Assembly (NCBI GenBank): GCA_964416155.1
Contig: CAYQCW010000002.1
Location: 1 to 44,647 of the forward strand
Reading direction: 5' to 3'
Length of the DNA stretch: 44,647 bases
Source of the DNA: an uncultured Nitrososphaerota archaeon
GTDB lineage: Archaea > Thermoproteota > EX4484-205 > JAAOZP01
Of the stretch, positions 8,948 to 19,665 are shown piece by piece; within the stretch, counting starts at the first letter, position 1, and each line of letters starts with the position of its first letter. The translations under genes and the position numbers were made by a program. The notes under the pieces are model-generated. The model had not been told where the DNA came from and did not search any database. It saw only the letters and a program-made list of their open reading frames with translations.

Positions 8948-9874
8948 TTAAGACGCTGAACCCTTAGGATTCGAAACGTGGTTTCTGATGATTTCGAGGA
9001 CTGTTTCACCTTTCTGTCTCAAGGTCTCCCTGGTCTGAGCGATGCTGTGCGGGGAAGCAACTACTTTCTCATGGCGTGCAAGCTTCTCAGACGAGTTGTT
9101 AACGAGAGGCGGCTGATGGTGGAAAACGTCTAGAGCCGCGCCTGCGAGCCTGCCCTTCTCCAATGCTTTCAACAATGCTTCCTCGTCGACAATCCCGCCC
9201 CTGGCGGTGTTTATCAGGAAGGCGCCGTTCTTAACAATGGCGAGCTCGCGTTCACCGATCATTCCTCTTGTCTCATCAGTCAGGGGAACGTGAATCGTGA
9301 TTATGTCGGAGCTTGAAAGAAGCTCTTCAAGCGTCTCGGCAAACCTTACTGGCAGACTGTTCTCAAGCCGGGCCCTAGCATCCTTCTCGTAAACGATTAC
9401 CATGAGGCCGTTCGCTAAAGCCTGTCTCGCAACCTCCCTCCCTATGCGCCCGTACCCTATTATTCCAAGCGTTTTACCCTTCACCCTGAACCCTACGAGC
9501 TCTTTTTTCCTCCACTCGCCCCTCTTCATAGACCTGTCTGCAGTAACCATGTTGGTAGCGAATGCGAAAACATAAGCCATCACGCCCTGGGCAACATCGT
9601 AGCTTTGAACAGGAGCAGTCCTGAAAAATATTCCCCGCTCCGCAAGAGCCTGCTTATCAACATGGTCCTCCCCGTGCGTAGCGGTCACCACGAGCCTAAG
9701 CTTCGGAAGCCGGGATATGAACTCCCTGTCAACCCTAGTGTTGCTCCTGACTATAAGTATCTCAGTCTCCTCCAGACGGGCTTGGTTCAAAACCTCACAG
9801 TATTCTTTAAGCCTTTCAAAAAACTCCTGGTCGAAACTATCTAGCACGAGAACCTTAGGCTTCCTATCCGCCAT
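8948..9874 (-). CDS. D-isomer-specific 2-hydroxyacid dehydrogenase (SerA-like, no ACT domain)
   Basis: Motifs GIIGYGRIG, HVPLT.ET, INTARGGIVDE, AALDVF and SPH. Confidence 0.9.
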   Translation of the reverse strand: MADRKPKVLVLDSFDQEFFERLKEYCEVLNQARLEETEILIVRSNTRVDREFISRLPKLRLVVTATHGEDHVDKQALAERGIFFRTAPVQSYDVAQGVMAYVFAFATNMVTADRSMKRGEWRKKELVGFRVKGKTLGIIGYGRIGREVARQALANGLMVIVYEKDARARLENSLPVRFAETLEELLSSSDIITIHVPLTDETRGMIGERELAIVKNGAFLINTARGGIVDEEALLKALEKGRLAGAALDVFHHQPPLVNNSSEKLARHEKVVASPHSIAQTRETLRQKGETVLEIIRNHVSNPKGSAS

Positions 9875-10204
9875 CTCCCTAGTGTTCCTCCAGCCTTTTC
9901 AAGCGGCCCGGGGAGAGTTCTTAAACGTTTTTGTACAAAAGTGTGCATTCATACATAGCGCGTGGTAAAAATCATGGCTTCAGAAAGTGCTCTTCACGCC
10001 TCGCGGTTTATGATAGAAACATGCAAGCAAGCACCACGCTATTTGGAAAAACCTGAACGGAAAACATTGCGAAGCATGGCCACTTAAAAGCGTCAACGCG
10101 CCTGCAGTCCAAGCCCTTAAGGAATTTTCAATACGATAATTCCTCCGCGAATAGGGTGGAAAGGTGGACTTTCGAAGAACACTTTGACACGACGATTTCT
10201 AGAA

Positions 10205-10216
10205 TAGCGTGCACGT
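10205..10216. repeat. Palindrome variant (TAGCGTGCACGT)
   Basis: First 10 nt identical to the copy at 11678. Confidence 0.55.
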
Positions 10217-10685
10217 GGTAAACCGAAAATGTTTTTAGCTTAAAGAGCAGGCATCCGTCTGGTCGCATAAATCTCCTTTAACCTTCAACATAAGTTTATA
10301 TTTTGCAAGTGTCGGTCTTTTTAAAACGAAAAAAGATATGTCTGAAACCTGCCCGTGTTATTTCACGCTTTTCGAAGACGGTTTCAAAGGGTTCTCACGC
10401 GAATGGGTTGAGAAAAAAATGGGTCTCAGCCTCATATCTTGGGATAGATTTCTGTTTCGAAGACCTTGACGCTAAGGTGAGAAACATTGAGAGCAAGAAC
10501 AATTGTCTAAAGGGTTTCGGAAGATTCTGGATGAAAAGGGTTAACACTGGCACAACAACCTACTTCACCTACTATCTTTACGGCTTTAAGGGTAGCTTTG
10601 AAGCAGCCTTAAAATCTTTTAAGAAAACACTGTGCTGGGATTGAAGTTATAGTTGAGGCATACCGTGAGTTCAGCTCGGTACAGT

Positions 10686-11141
10686 TTAGCTCGTATTTTC
10701 CTTTTTCAGCATCCTCCAACCATCATGCTCCTTAACAAGGCCAAGTTTCTTTTTAACCACGTCTCTCTTTTCCATCGCACTTTTGAGAAAAGATTCATCG
10801 TAGTGAAGGATTAAGCCGTCTTCAAGCACATCGTGCAGGAAGAAACTCGGAATCTCCAATTCCTTCAGGAACTCTTCTGGAAAATAGCCAACCGCCCTTA
10901 GGCCGCTTACCTTGTAAAGCCCGGACAGGCTTCTCCTCTCGAAAACGTTCTCAGAAAGCTCTTCCGCCACCACGCAGACATCTATATCGCTTTCCTCGGT
11001 GAAATCTCCTTTCGCATACGAGCCGAAAAGCACGACGAGTTTCAACCTAAGCCTTTTAACCTGACGTAGAAACTCCTCGATCTTCTCATAAGCAGTATTC
11101 TTAAGCTTCTCCTTCGGTAACAATCTTCTTCGCCTCCTCAA
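10686..11141 (-). CDS. Minimal nucleotidyltransferase (MNT) antitoxin
   Basis: GS-x10-DxD motif (FGSYAKGDFTEESDID). True start is probably slightly downstream (~11120). Confidence 0.88.
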   Translation of the reverse strand: MRRRRRLLPKEKLKNTAYEKIEEFLRQVKRLRLKLVVLFGSYAKGDFTEESDIDVCVVAEELSENVFERRSLSGLYKVSGLRAVGYFPEEFLKELEIPSFFLHDVLEDGLILHYDESFLKSAMEKRDVVKKKLGLVKEHDGWRMLKKENTS

Positions 11142-11502
11142 AAATAGATTTCGCTAAAACTATTGCTTGCTCAGCCTGCAGTTTTGTAAAATATCTTTTA
11201 GCAGGTCCGCTTGCAAAAGCATTAGCATACCTTGTCGGAATATAATACTGGTCGAGTATCTTAGCGTTTTCCTGAAAAGCTTTAAACCTGTCGTCTATTT
11301 TAATCAGTTCTTCAACCAGGTCGACAAGCGTATGCGTCCTCCTTTCGACGCCATAATGGTTTAAAACCGCCTTAAGAGCAAGCTCCGCTGCCTGTTGCGC
11401 GTTGAAACACACTTTTGACCATCTTCCGGTTTTAAACAGGTCTAGAGCAGACCCTAGGAAATCATCAGCATCCTCGATCAAATCCCTTGCCCTGCTCACC
11501 AC
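11101..11502 (-). CDS. HEPN-domain protein
   Basis: Motifs F.AQQAAE.ALKA, THTL and YIPTRY; overlaps MNT. Confidence 0.9.
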   Translation of the reverse strand: MVSRARDLIEDADDFLGSALDLFKTGRWSKVCFNAQQAAELALKAVLNHYGVERRTHTLVDLVEELIKIDDRFKAFQENAKILDQYYIPTRYANAFASGPAKRYFTKLQAEQAIVLAKSIFEEAKKIVTEGEA

Positions 11503-11677
11503 ATGTAGAACATGCCGTGCTTCAATTTATCTGTTTCGCCCCTGATAAACGGTGATTTCTTCAGACGTCTTTCAACCGTTTTTACGAATTAGAGTGTGAA
11601 ACGTCAATCCATACGTCTTCTATGTTTAAATTGTCTCAGTGATAGCAGCATAACGCTTCTTCATCAACAACCCCCTC

Positions 11678-11689
11678 TAGCGTGCACTA
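11678..11689. repeat. Palindrome variant (TAGCGTGCACTA)
   Basis: 10/12 match; both mismatches are transitions at CG steps. Confidence 0.7.
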
Positions 11690-11729
11690 CGCTGCACGTC
11701 GACAGGGTTTCAGACCTACCGCCGTATGG

Positions 11730-12506
11730 CTAGAGTCTTCCAGCCAACCATCGAACAGCCTGTCTCCAGAAGACCTCGTAACAATTCCACTTCATGAAGT
11801 TTATACCCCAGTGGGGAGCCGGGTCTGAGGTGAAGACGAAGCTTCTCCCCTCGCCGAACCCGCAGGTAGCGATCAACACGTCTCCCTCTCCAACCGTGGC
11901 GAGAAGCTCAGACCCCTCTTTAAGAAGAACCCTGTTATAGCCTAGGAGGGGTGGAGCGGTCCTCCAGTCTATGTTCCCCATGACAGGATGGTCTTCTTTC
12001 AACGCTTTTATCTGCGCTCCCTCCGGGTGCTCAACCCTGTCATCTCTGTCAAGCATTTTCACGGGCAGCGCTTCCTCAACAGGCGTGCCCTGCCAAAGCG
12101 CGTTTCCATATTTCCCGGCGAAGCTCTGCCAGCCGCCAAGCATCGCCAGCCCCCTCCCCCTCCGTACGAACTCCCTGATGTTTTTAACCCTGTTCGGCAT
12201 AACTATGTGCTCACCATACTTGCTGGGAGTGTAGAACTCAGGGTAGTATATTATGCAGTCGTACTCAACGTCGCTTAGTATTAGAACATCGTAGTTTAAC
12301 AGGTCTTCAAGGTTTTTCGGGAAACTGCTGTATGCTTCCCAAGTGGGCATGTACGTTACTTCAAGCTCGCTGTCCCCCTTGAGGGCGCGGAGCAGCGGCA
12401 TGCCGAAGTTCCTGACTTCAAGATTCTTCTGCTCCACCCAGAAGGGTGAGCCCGTGTATACTAGCGCCATCGTCCCCGAGTCCCCAACGTATAAGACTCT
12501 TATCAT
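11730..12506 (-). CDS. Class I glutamine amidotransferase-like protein (DUF1355/GATase1-like)
   Basis: Motifs YDVLILSD, G.GL.M.GGW.SF, LPV, GYNRV, G.GR and SD.APHW. Confidence 0.8.
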   Translation of the reverse strand: MIRVLYVGDSGTMALVYTGSPFWVEQKNLEVRNFGMPLLRALKGDSELEVTYMPTWEAYSSFPKNLEDLLNYDVLILSDVEYDCIIYYPEFYTPSKYGEHIVMPNRVKNIREFVRRGRGLAMLGGWQSFAGKYGNALWQGTPVEEALPVKMLDRDDRVEHPEGAQIKALKEDHPVMGNIDWRTAPPLLGYNRVLLKEGSELLATVGEGDVLIATCGFGEGRSFVFTSDPAPHWGINFMKWNCYEVFWRQAVRWLAGRL

Positions 12507-12614
12507 CCCCGTTCAAAGAGGAGAATAAACCCGTTAATTATTAAGCTTTTTCCACAGAAACGCTGGCATGGTCTTCGGGGGAGATCAGGCATACTGGCGT
12601 GCGGAGTCAGCAGG

Positions 12615-13627
12615 CTATTTCAAGGGAATCCTGACTGGTTCCCCGTTGACCATGGACAGGTTGGCTGCAAGCGTAACCTCCAGCGTTTTCAAACCGTCTG
12701 AATACGGGCAGAGTATTCTCGAAGCATCCTTAAGCCTGACGGCATCTATGAACGCGTCGCCCTCTATTTCAAAAATGTTCGGCTCCCCAGCAATCTCCTC
12801 CGGCTCAACGCCTGCCCGCAGGAGACGCAGGGAGTGCTCCCACCCGGTGAACAGGGCTGTCGTGCTGCCCGCGTAAATACTCAGGCTCACTCCTCCACCG
12901 CCGCCATTCGCCGAGCAAGAGGCCCAGAGGCTTCCAACAGCCCCGTTGGCCAGCTTAATGTTCACCACGCTAGCGTCCTCAACATTGTAGTTTGGCGCAA
13001 CCCCCTTGTTGAACCCTTTAGCAGGGTAAGCCTGAACCTCCGTGATATCTCTACACATGAACCTCACCAAGTCGACGGTGCGGGTAACCTGCTCGTGGAA
13101 CTGTCCCCCACTTTTCTCCTTCACGATCCACCAGTTGTAGATCGCTGCCTCAGGCGGGGAGCCTGCCCAATCCATCCTCCTAGCACAAGTATCGGAGGAT
13201 CCTGGTTGAGAAGCTCCCTGACCCTTTGAACACCCTTCCGATACCTGTTCATGTAGCCGACGCTCGTTAAAACCCTTTTTCTTTCAACGGCCGCGGCTAT
13301 CTCCCTAGCCTGCTCGAAATAAAGGTTTACGGGTTTCTCGACGAAAAACGGTATTCCACGGTCTATTGCTTCGAACTCAGCCCCGTGGGCGAAGGGCGGG
13401 ACACATATGTAAACCGCGTCCAGAACAGTGTTTCTAAACATTTCCTCAATCCTGTTGAAAACCATGGCTTCAGCCGCGCCATACTGGGAGGAGACGCTTT
13501 TAGCACGCTCAAGGTTTACGTCGCAGAAGGCGGCTAGCTCTACACGCGGGTTTTTAACCAGTGCTTTCAAGTGTGCGACAGCTATCCCCCCGCAGCCTAC
13601 AAACCCTAGTCTAACCCTTTCAGACAT
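12615..13627 (-). pseudogene. Gfo/Idh/MocA oxidoreductase, frameshifted
   Basis: The N-half (GCGGIA..H, EKP) and C-half (WW...KSGGQ..EQ) lie in different frames joined at ~13145-13170. The conserved H..D reads RTVD. Confidence 0.8.
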
Positions 13628-13672
13628 CCTGCTTCACCCACGGTGAACGGCAGCATGGATTCAAGCATTCCG

Positions 13673-16297
13673 CTAGAAGAGCCTAACGGTTTTTATTTCG
13701 AAAGGATTAATCGCGAGCCTAACCGTTTCACCCTGAGCCTCTAATCCACGCCCTGTTTCCCTGTTTAAACAGTCAACCTCAACCGCCTGTTTAAAAGGCA
13801 GCGTTATCCATATTCTGCAGGAGGTTTTCACACCCTTAGCTTCGTAGACCCTAACCAGAATATGTTCACCGTCCCGCGTTAAAGAGGACAACATTATGCT
13901 GCCCGGCTCGACTCTGAGAAAACTATGCTTCGGCGGAAGCGGCCCCTTCCCCTCTGAAACAGGTTTCGCGATAAGCATGTTGTTCGCCTCAGCAGCATGG
14001 TTCCAGGGCAGATACCCTGGATCACTCTTCTTAAACGGGATGAGCGAGTATTTAAAAGAGTGCCGCACCTTCTCCTCAAACCCTTTCTCGCTCACACCCT
14101 TGTACTCGAAGGCGACGCTTCTCAGGAGAGAGATCATGGCAACGTTGTCAACCACGTTGTTCCCCGGCAGGCCGCAGTTAACTACGCACAGTCCTTTCTC
14201 ACCGTCGCTGTAGTCAATCCAGTTCTGAGCCGGGTATTCTCCCTCGGGCCGTTCAACATGGCCGAAAGGTGTTTCATGCCTTATCGTACCATTCCTAATG
14301 CTTGTTGGGAAACACGCTCTAACCCTGTACTGTCTCCCGGAGGGTGTGAGCCTGGTTTCAAAATCGATTCTCCTCAAACCGTCATAAAGGTGGATAAGCT
14401 GGGTGAAAGCTATGCTTATGCCGACCCAGAACCTGAGGACGCCTGAAACCCTTACCGTAGCCCTTACCGGGCCCTCCTCTAAAACATCTATTTTAACAGG
14501 CATGTTTCTCGATTCAACATAGTCCCAGAGCTTAAGGTCCTCCAAGTGGAACTCCCGCGCTGTTTCAGCCAGCTTCTCCCTAACCTGGGTTGGGAGAGGG
14601 TCCCTGGGGTCGAGCATAGGCATGATGTTATACAGGTCTCCCCGGTCGATCTGAAGAAGAAGATTGTTTGCGAAAGGCTTTTCAGGGTCGACGTATTCTA
14701 AACCAGTCTCCTTGTCAACTATGCTGCGAATCGTCCCGTCCCCGTTGAAAACAATCCTGTAGAAACCGTTCTCCAGAGTTTTGTCTGAAACACGGAGGCT
14801 GGTTGAATATTCCTGCTCCTCGCAAGTCTCCTGCAGGCGGTAAACCTTGTAGCCGAGAGCCGGCACCTCTGCGATGAACATTACCACAGCCTCCCTCAGG
14901 CCACCTGCTTCAACCTCCCCGGAGAAGCCTTTCTCAACCCTAGTGTAACCTGTTTCAGCCGGCTCCTCGCGGAACTCAACCCCCCCGCTAACCGGAAGGT
15001 GGGGTGGCGGTGCCTCACCATAATACTTCTTCTCAGCAAGCTGCACCGGAACCTGTTTCCCCTCATCGTTGAAAACCCGGACGGTTTTAACGCCCGGCTT
15101 AACGAAAGTCAGCCTCAGCCTTACGATGTCACGCCTGTCGAAGCCAAGGGGGTTGAACACTAGAACCGGCTTACCCTCCTCCCTGCCCGTGTCAATCCTT
15201 CCAGACAGGAAGTCTAGGCTCTCACCTATTATCCTGTTCGCAACCCTTTCGCTCTCCGCATACCATTGTAAAGCCTGTTCGAAAGCAGGGTCGACGCAGC
15301 TTCCGCAGATCACGTCGTGAAACTGGTTTAGAAGAACTTTCTCCCAAGCCTCCTCCAGTTTTTCATACGGATACTCAGCCCCCATTAGGGAGCAGACTGT
15401 TGAAAGCTTCTCAGCAGTGGTAAGCAGGTTCTCCACCTCCCTGTTTCGAATCTTAAGCCTAATCCTGCTGCTGTAGGTTCCACGCATCACCGGGTTCATA
15501 TCCCCTTTTACGACCTGTAGGCCAATGGCTTTCCCAGCCACGGATTCGAAGAACCTGGAGGCGGATGAGAAGCAGATTTTCAGATTATTCTCCCGGTTCC
15601 ATCTTTTCACGGTTTCAGGAGCGTTCTGAGCCGGCACAGCCCAGTCGCCCCCGCTTGGAAGAAGAACCTCGCCGGCAGCCGAGCTGCCTAAGAACCTTTC
15701 AACCGTCGCGCTGATACTTTTCAGACTATCCTCCACGCTTTGCGAGAACTGGACGCCGCCGTACCCGCTGCAGCAGGTTAATAATCTTGTACCGTCTAAG
15801 GCTTCCCAGAGGAATACTGGCTTAACGTCTTTCCGGGAAAGGCCGCGGCTAAACTGCAAGTATTCATAGCCGCAGAGCTTAGCGATCTGCGGGCTCTGAG
15901 CATTCTGGCCGAAGACATCGCCCATCCAGGCGGTTTTAGTGTCTCCCCCTATTTTCTCGACGGTTTTCTTAGCTAGAGCCGCGTTTCGGACAAGGGATTC
16001 CCCCGAGGGAATATTGTTGTCGGTCTGCACGTATGGGCCTGTGACCTCGATTCTCCCGGAGGAAACGAGTTTCCTCAGAGTTTCAAAATGCTCAGGGCAG
16101 AGCATGCGGAACAGTTTCACCAGCAAGGCTTTTTCAAACATGAAAGTATACTCAGGATTCTTCTCCATGATGTTAAGCACCTCTGTGAAAATGTGTTTCA
16201 ACCTTGGAAAATACTCTTCGAAGCTCATTAAATACGCAAGGTCGTAATGGAAAGTCGGGACCAAATGGATCTTGACGCTGCTTGAAGCCTCGGCCAA
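13673..16297 (-). CDS. GH38 alpha-mannosidase family protein
   Basis: Motifs HYD, SGESL.R, DVFG nucleophile region, NQFHD.I.G, FNPL and SLLR. Confidence 0.9.
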   Translation of the reverse strand: MAEASSSVKIHLVPTFHYDLAYLMSFEEYFPRLKHIFTEVLNIMEKNPEYTFMFEKALLVKLFRMLCPEHFETLRKLVSSGRIEVTGPYVQTDNNIPSGESLVRNAALAKKTVEKIGGDTKTAWMGDVFGQNAQSPQIAKLCGYEYLQFSRGLSRKDVKPVFLWEALDGTRLLTCCSGYGGVQFSQSVEDSLKSISATVERFLGSSAAGEVLLPSGGDWAVPAQNAPETVKRWNRENNLKICFSSASRFFESVAGKAIGLQVVKGDMNPVMRGTYSSRIRLKIRNREVENLLTTAEKLSTVCSLMGAEYPYEKLEEAWEKVLLNQFHDVICGSCVDPAFEQALQWYAESERVANRIIGESLDFLSGRIDTGREEGKPVLVFNPLGFDRRDIVRLRLTFVKPGVKTVRVFNDEGKQVPVQLAEKKYYGEAPPPHLPVSGGVEFREEPAETGYTRVEKGFSGEVEAGGLREAVVMFIAEVPALGYKVYRLQETCEEQEYSTSLRVSDKTLENGFYRIVFNGDGTIRSIVDKETGLEYVDPEKPFANNLLLQIDRGDLYNIMPMLDPRDPLPTQVREKLAETAREFHLEDLKLWDYVESRNMPVKIDVLEEGPVRATVRVSGVLRFWVGISIAFTQLIHLYDGLRRIDFETRLTPSGRQYRVRACFPTSIRNGTIRHETPFGHVERPEGEYPAQNWIDYSDGEKGLCVVNCGLPGNNVVDNVAMISLLRSVAFEYKGVSEKGFEEKVRHSFKYSLIPFKKSDPGYLPWNHAAEANNMLIAKPVSEGKGPLPPKHSFLRVEPGSIMLSSLTRDGEHILVRVYEAKGVKTSCRIWITLPFKQAVEVDCLNRETGRGLEAQGETVRLAINPFEIKTVRLF

Positions 16298-16444
16298 TCC
16301 AGCTTCAACCTTTCAACCAAGCCGGCTTAGAACCTTAAAAAACTTATCTGAAAACGGGAAGAACAGATTAATGCTTAAGGCATAGAGGAGTGAATTTTTG
16401 GCTCGATCAGCTGTTTTTAAAGGTTTAATAGGATTGTTGAAAAC

Positions 16445-17743
16445 ATGGTTTTCATGCGAGCCGGAGCGTCGAAGGAGGATATTACTCCACCCGTCGGCGT
16501 TAAGATGGGTGGTTTCGCCGCGAGATATAAAGGGGCGGAGGGGGTTCATGACAATCTTTACGCTAGAGCACTCTACCTTGAGGGGCGTGGAGGCGCTTCA
16601 CTGCTGATCGCCAACGATCTGCTGAACATTCCGGATTCGTTAGCGTTGGAGATGAAGGAGGAGCTGGCCAAGAGGCTTGGCATGGAGGAGAACGGGATCC
16701 TGATCTCTGCGACGCACACGCATTCCGGCCCATCGCTTCCCCCAGATATAACAGCAGACCTTTACGAGGCAGGCTTAGGAAACTATTCGAGTGTTCTCCG
16801 CGAGAGAATCTTAACAGCAGCCTTTAAATCCGTGGAGAAGGCGAGGACGGCGAAGCTAGGCTGGGGTGTCGGGAGAGTCATCGTAGGCTTCAACAGGAGA
16901 AGCTTCAGCGGGCCTGTTGACCCTGATGTCAACGTGCTGCTTGTGGCGGATGAATCCGGCAGCCCGATTGCCTCCCTCGTGAACTATGCTTGCCACGGGG
17001 TTGTCCTGGGGGACACGAACTACCTTATTTCAGCAGACTACCCCGGCGTGGTTTCGAGAATCATAGAGTCAAGGCTAAACGCTAACCATGAGGCTCTTTT
17101 CATGAACGGGGCGGATGGAGACATTAACCCTCTTACCTCATTAGGGTATTCCTGCCCAGGCACGTTTGAGGATGTTGAAGCCGTTGGAAGAATAGTGGCG
17201 TATGCTGCCCTTAACACTATGAGGTTCATCAAGACTGTGGAGGAGCCGGTTATAAGGGCTGTTGGGAAAAAGGTTACGCTACCGTTGGCGGAGCCTTCTG
17301 AAGAAACAGCCCGCAGGCTGCTTGAGAACCAGGAGAAACATGTCTCTGAGCTTAAGGCTAGAAACGCAGACATGGAGACGATAATGAGGAACAAGGCTAT
17401 TCTCAACTATTATGAGAAAAACCTGAAAATGATTCGCGAAATGCCCTTTGAGAAGACGGTTGAAACAACGCTGCAGGCGGTGCGAATAGGTGATGCGGCA
17501 CTGGTCGGAATACCTGGTGAGCCCCTTGTTGAAGTCGGTATACGCGTAAAGAAGAACTCTCCCCTGAGCCCGACTTCCATAGTCTCCTATGCGAACGGGT
17601 ACTGTGGATACATAGCTATCTCTGAGGCTTATGAGCAGGGCGGGTACGAGGTTACCCCAACATGGTGGAACCGTCTTACAAAGGGTTCCGCAGAGAGCCT
17701 GATTCAGGAGAGTGTTTCGCTTATAAATAGGCTTACGGGTTAG
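16445..17743 (+). CDS. Neutral/alkaline ceramidase N-terminal domain family hydrolase
   Basis: Motifs DITPP, HD.L.ARA, ISATHTHSGP, NYACH, ISADYPG, PGE and GGYE. Confidence 0.85.
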   Translation: MVFMRAGASKEDITPPVGVKMGGFAARYKGAEGVHDNLYARALYLEGRGGASLLIANDLLNIPDSLALEMKEELAKRLGMEENGILISATHTHSGPSLPPDITADLYEAGLGNYSSVLRERILTAAFKSVEKARTAKLGWGVGRVIVGFNRRSFSGPVDPDVNVLLVADESGSPIASLVNYACHGVVLGDTNYLISADYPGVVSRIIESRLNANHEALFMNGADGDINPLTSLGYSCPGTFEDVEAVGRIVAYAALNTMRFIKTVEEPVIRAVGKKVTLPLAEPSEETARRLLENQEKHVSELKARNADMETIMRNKAILNYYEKNLKMIREMPFEKTVETTLQAVRIGDAALVGIPGEPLVEVGIRVKKNSPLSPTSIVSYANGYCGYIAISEAYEQGGYEVTPTWWNRLTKGSAESLIQESVSLINRLTG

Positions 17744-17908
17744 CATGCTAATTATAGGCTTCCACTACCAAAAGCCGTGCAACTTTGCTCGCAAGTTTTT
17801 CAATTTACGAGACATGTATCCGAATTATTTCAGCCTTCGATGAACGGCTACCACAATCTTTTTATTGCGATGGAGAAAGGGTTTTCACCGCTCAGCACCA
17901 CTGGGTTC

Positions 17909-18283
17909 CTACTCGGGAGGTATTCTTCTCCAGGTTATTATTAGTATTATGATTGTTATCGTAACAACCGCAATGATGATTAGCCATGGAAGCTCCTCTT
18001 TACCTGCTTTAAGGCTCCCAGTTAAACCGTTTACATCTATGATATAGTTTCCCTCGTTATTTGCGCTTATGAAGAATTGTCCATCCCAAATGCCGTCAGC
18101 CCCAGGCTCATCTTGATTCTGGCCGCTCTTAAAATCCTCATCAGTATAGCCGCTCCAATAGTTTCCACCGGAAGGATAATAGTTGTCCCAAGTATTCTTA
18201 ATACAGGAAACATGCGCACCGTTCGAGATGAAATTATTGTAGTAAATAGAGTTGTCAAAGGAATATCCGGAAATAGCGTCAAA
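17909..18283 (-). pseudogene. C-terminal remnant of a NosD/CASH-type surface protein with TM anchor
   Basis: IYYNNFI..NTWD..YPSGGNYWS....DGI.D is fused to an Ig/CARDB-like tail (DVNGLTGS), then a TM helix and RR. Similarity appears to begin at the palindrome 18284-18295. Confidence 0.75.
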
Positions 18284-18295
18284 TAGCGTGCGCGA
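18284..18295. repeat. Palindrome variant (TAGCGTGCGCGA)
   Basis: 10/12 match; at the 5' break of the NosD remnant. Confidence 0.65.
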
Positions 18296-18404
18296 AGAAA
18301 TGCACATAGTTGTTATTGAACACTTCACAGGGGTCAGTAGCGGGGGCTATCCCACTGATAATGGACACATCCTGTCGAAAAAATCGGAGAACCATTGGAT
18401 TAAA

Positions 18405-18416
18405 TAGCACGCGCTT
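18405..18416. repeat. Palindrome variant (TAGCACGCGCTT)
   Basis: 10/12 match. Confidence 0.65.
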
Positions 18417-18607
18417 ACATGCATTGCTACGCGGACAACCCCACTAGTAAACAGGTTGTTTTTCATCATTGTGTACGCTTGGTCTACTGGTGACCAGTCT
18501 AGAATTAACAGATTCACAACATAACTCTAAGTGCACGGAAACCTAACCTTCGTAAACATTTAAGCCTAGAAGCATACGGCCAAGTTTACTGTTAAACCGT
18601 TACGCAT

Positions 18608-19537
18608 CTACCTTTTCTCTAAATAAAGACGGCTCTTCTCATTCCTAACCATGTATAAAGACGGCTCTGAGAAAACCTCCGACATGAAGGCGAATTCAAA
18701 GGCATCCCTAGTGGTGCCTGCTCCGAAAAAGCCGTTCTTGTCGAGAGCAATAAAAGATATTTGTTCAATTCTTATACCGATCTTACTAATATACTGTATT
18801 GTTTTTTCAGAAGCTTCGCCCGCTGGAAGCCCTTGCTCCATGAAATCAACCACCCGCCTCGAAACATTATGAATCATTATGTTTTCCCCCAGGCCGGTGG
18901 CTGCTGCGCCTCCAAGGCTGTTAGCGTATAGACCGGCGCCTATTATCGGAGAGTCGCCAACCCTGCCTACGAGTTTGAAAGCATGCCCGCTTGTAGAGCA
19001 GCCTGCAACAATATTCTGGTTCTCATCTATGGCTACGCAGCCGATCGTATCATGATTATAGCCTCCTTCAGCAGCCAGTTTAAGCCAGTAGTCGATCGAG
19101 CCCTCCCTTGGGTGGGCGGATAGAGCGGTTTTCAGGCGTTTCTCCCATTCCATTCTTGCTTCAGGCTGGAGGTCAGCCTTATCCACGTGCAGGCCAAAGA
19201 TTTTAGCCAGCTTAGTAGCGCCCTCCCCTGCGATCATGACGTGTGGAGTGTTTTCCATGACTTTTCTAGCTAGGGATATTGGGTTCTGAACGTTTCTAAC
19301 CGCCGCCACCGAGCCCGCTCTAAGGGTTGAACCGTCCATTATTGCCGCATCCAGTTCAACGAAGCCGGCAATATTAGGATATCCCCCGAGCCCGACGGAC
19401 CTGTTTGAAAAATCATTCTCAACCACTCTTATGGCTGTTTCAACAGCATCCAGTGCAGACCCGCCTTCGCGGAGAATCCTCCACCCGGATTCCACTGCTT
19501 TCAGCCCAAATGACCATGTTGCTATGATTGCTTTCAT
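18608..19537 (-). CDS. N(4)-(beta-N-acetylglucosaminyl)-L-asparaginase / type 2 asparaginase (Ntn hydrolase)
   Basis: Motifs IATW, SVG.GG.P, LDA.IMDG, HD|TIG autocleavage site and GRVGDSP. Confidence 0.88.
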   Translation of the reverse strand: MKAIIATWSFGLKAVESGWRILREGGSALDAVETAIRVVENDFSNRSVGLGGYPNIAGFVELDAAIMDGSTLRAGSVAAVRNVQNPISLARKVMENTPHVMIAGEGATKLAKIFGLHVDKADLQPEARMEWEKRLKTALSAHPREGSIDYWLKLAAEGGYNHDTIGCVAIDENQNIVAGCSTSGHAFKLVGRVGDSPIIGAGLYANSLGGAAATGLGENIMIHNVSRRVVDFMEQGLPAGEASEKTIQYISKIGIRIEQISFIALDKNGFFGAGTTRDAFEFAFMSEVFSEPSLYMVRNEKSRLYLEKR

Positions 19538-19665
19538 AGTCTTGTAGGGTGATTGAAAAACTCTCTTTTAAACTTTAGCAACATATCTGTTTAGGTTAAG
19601 GAAGTCAACATCCTTTAATGAAATTCTTATTAATCGCCGATGGAAAATTAGGTTGCTGGTGGAGG

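Noticed and set aside
10303-10644. 113-aa ORF as a real gene
   Set aside because: TTG start, no family motif and atypical composition; more likely degraded DNA.
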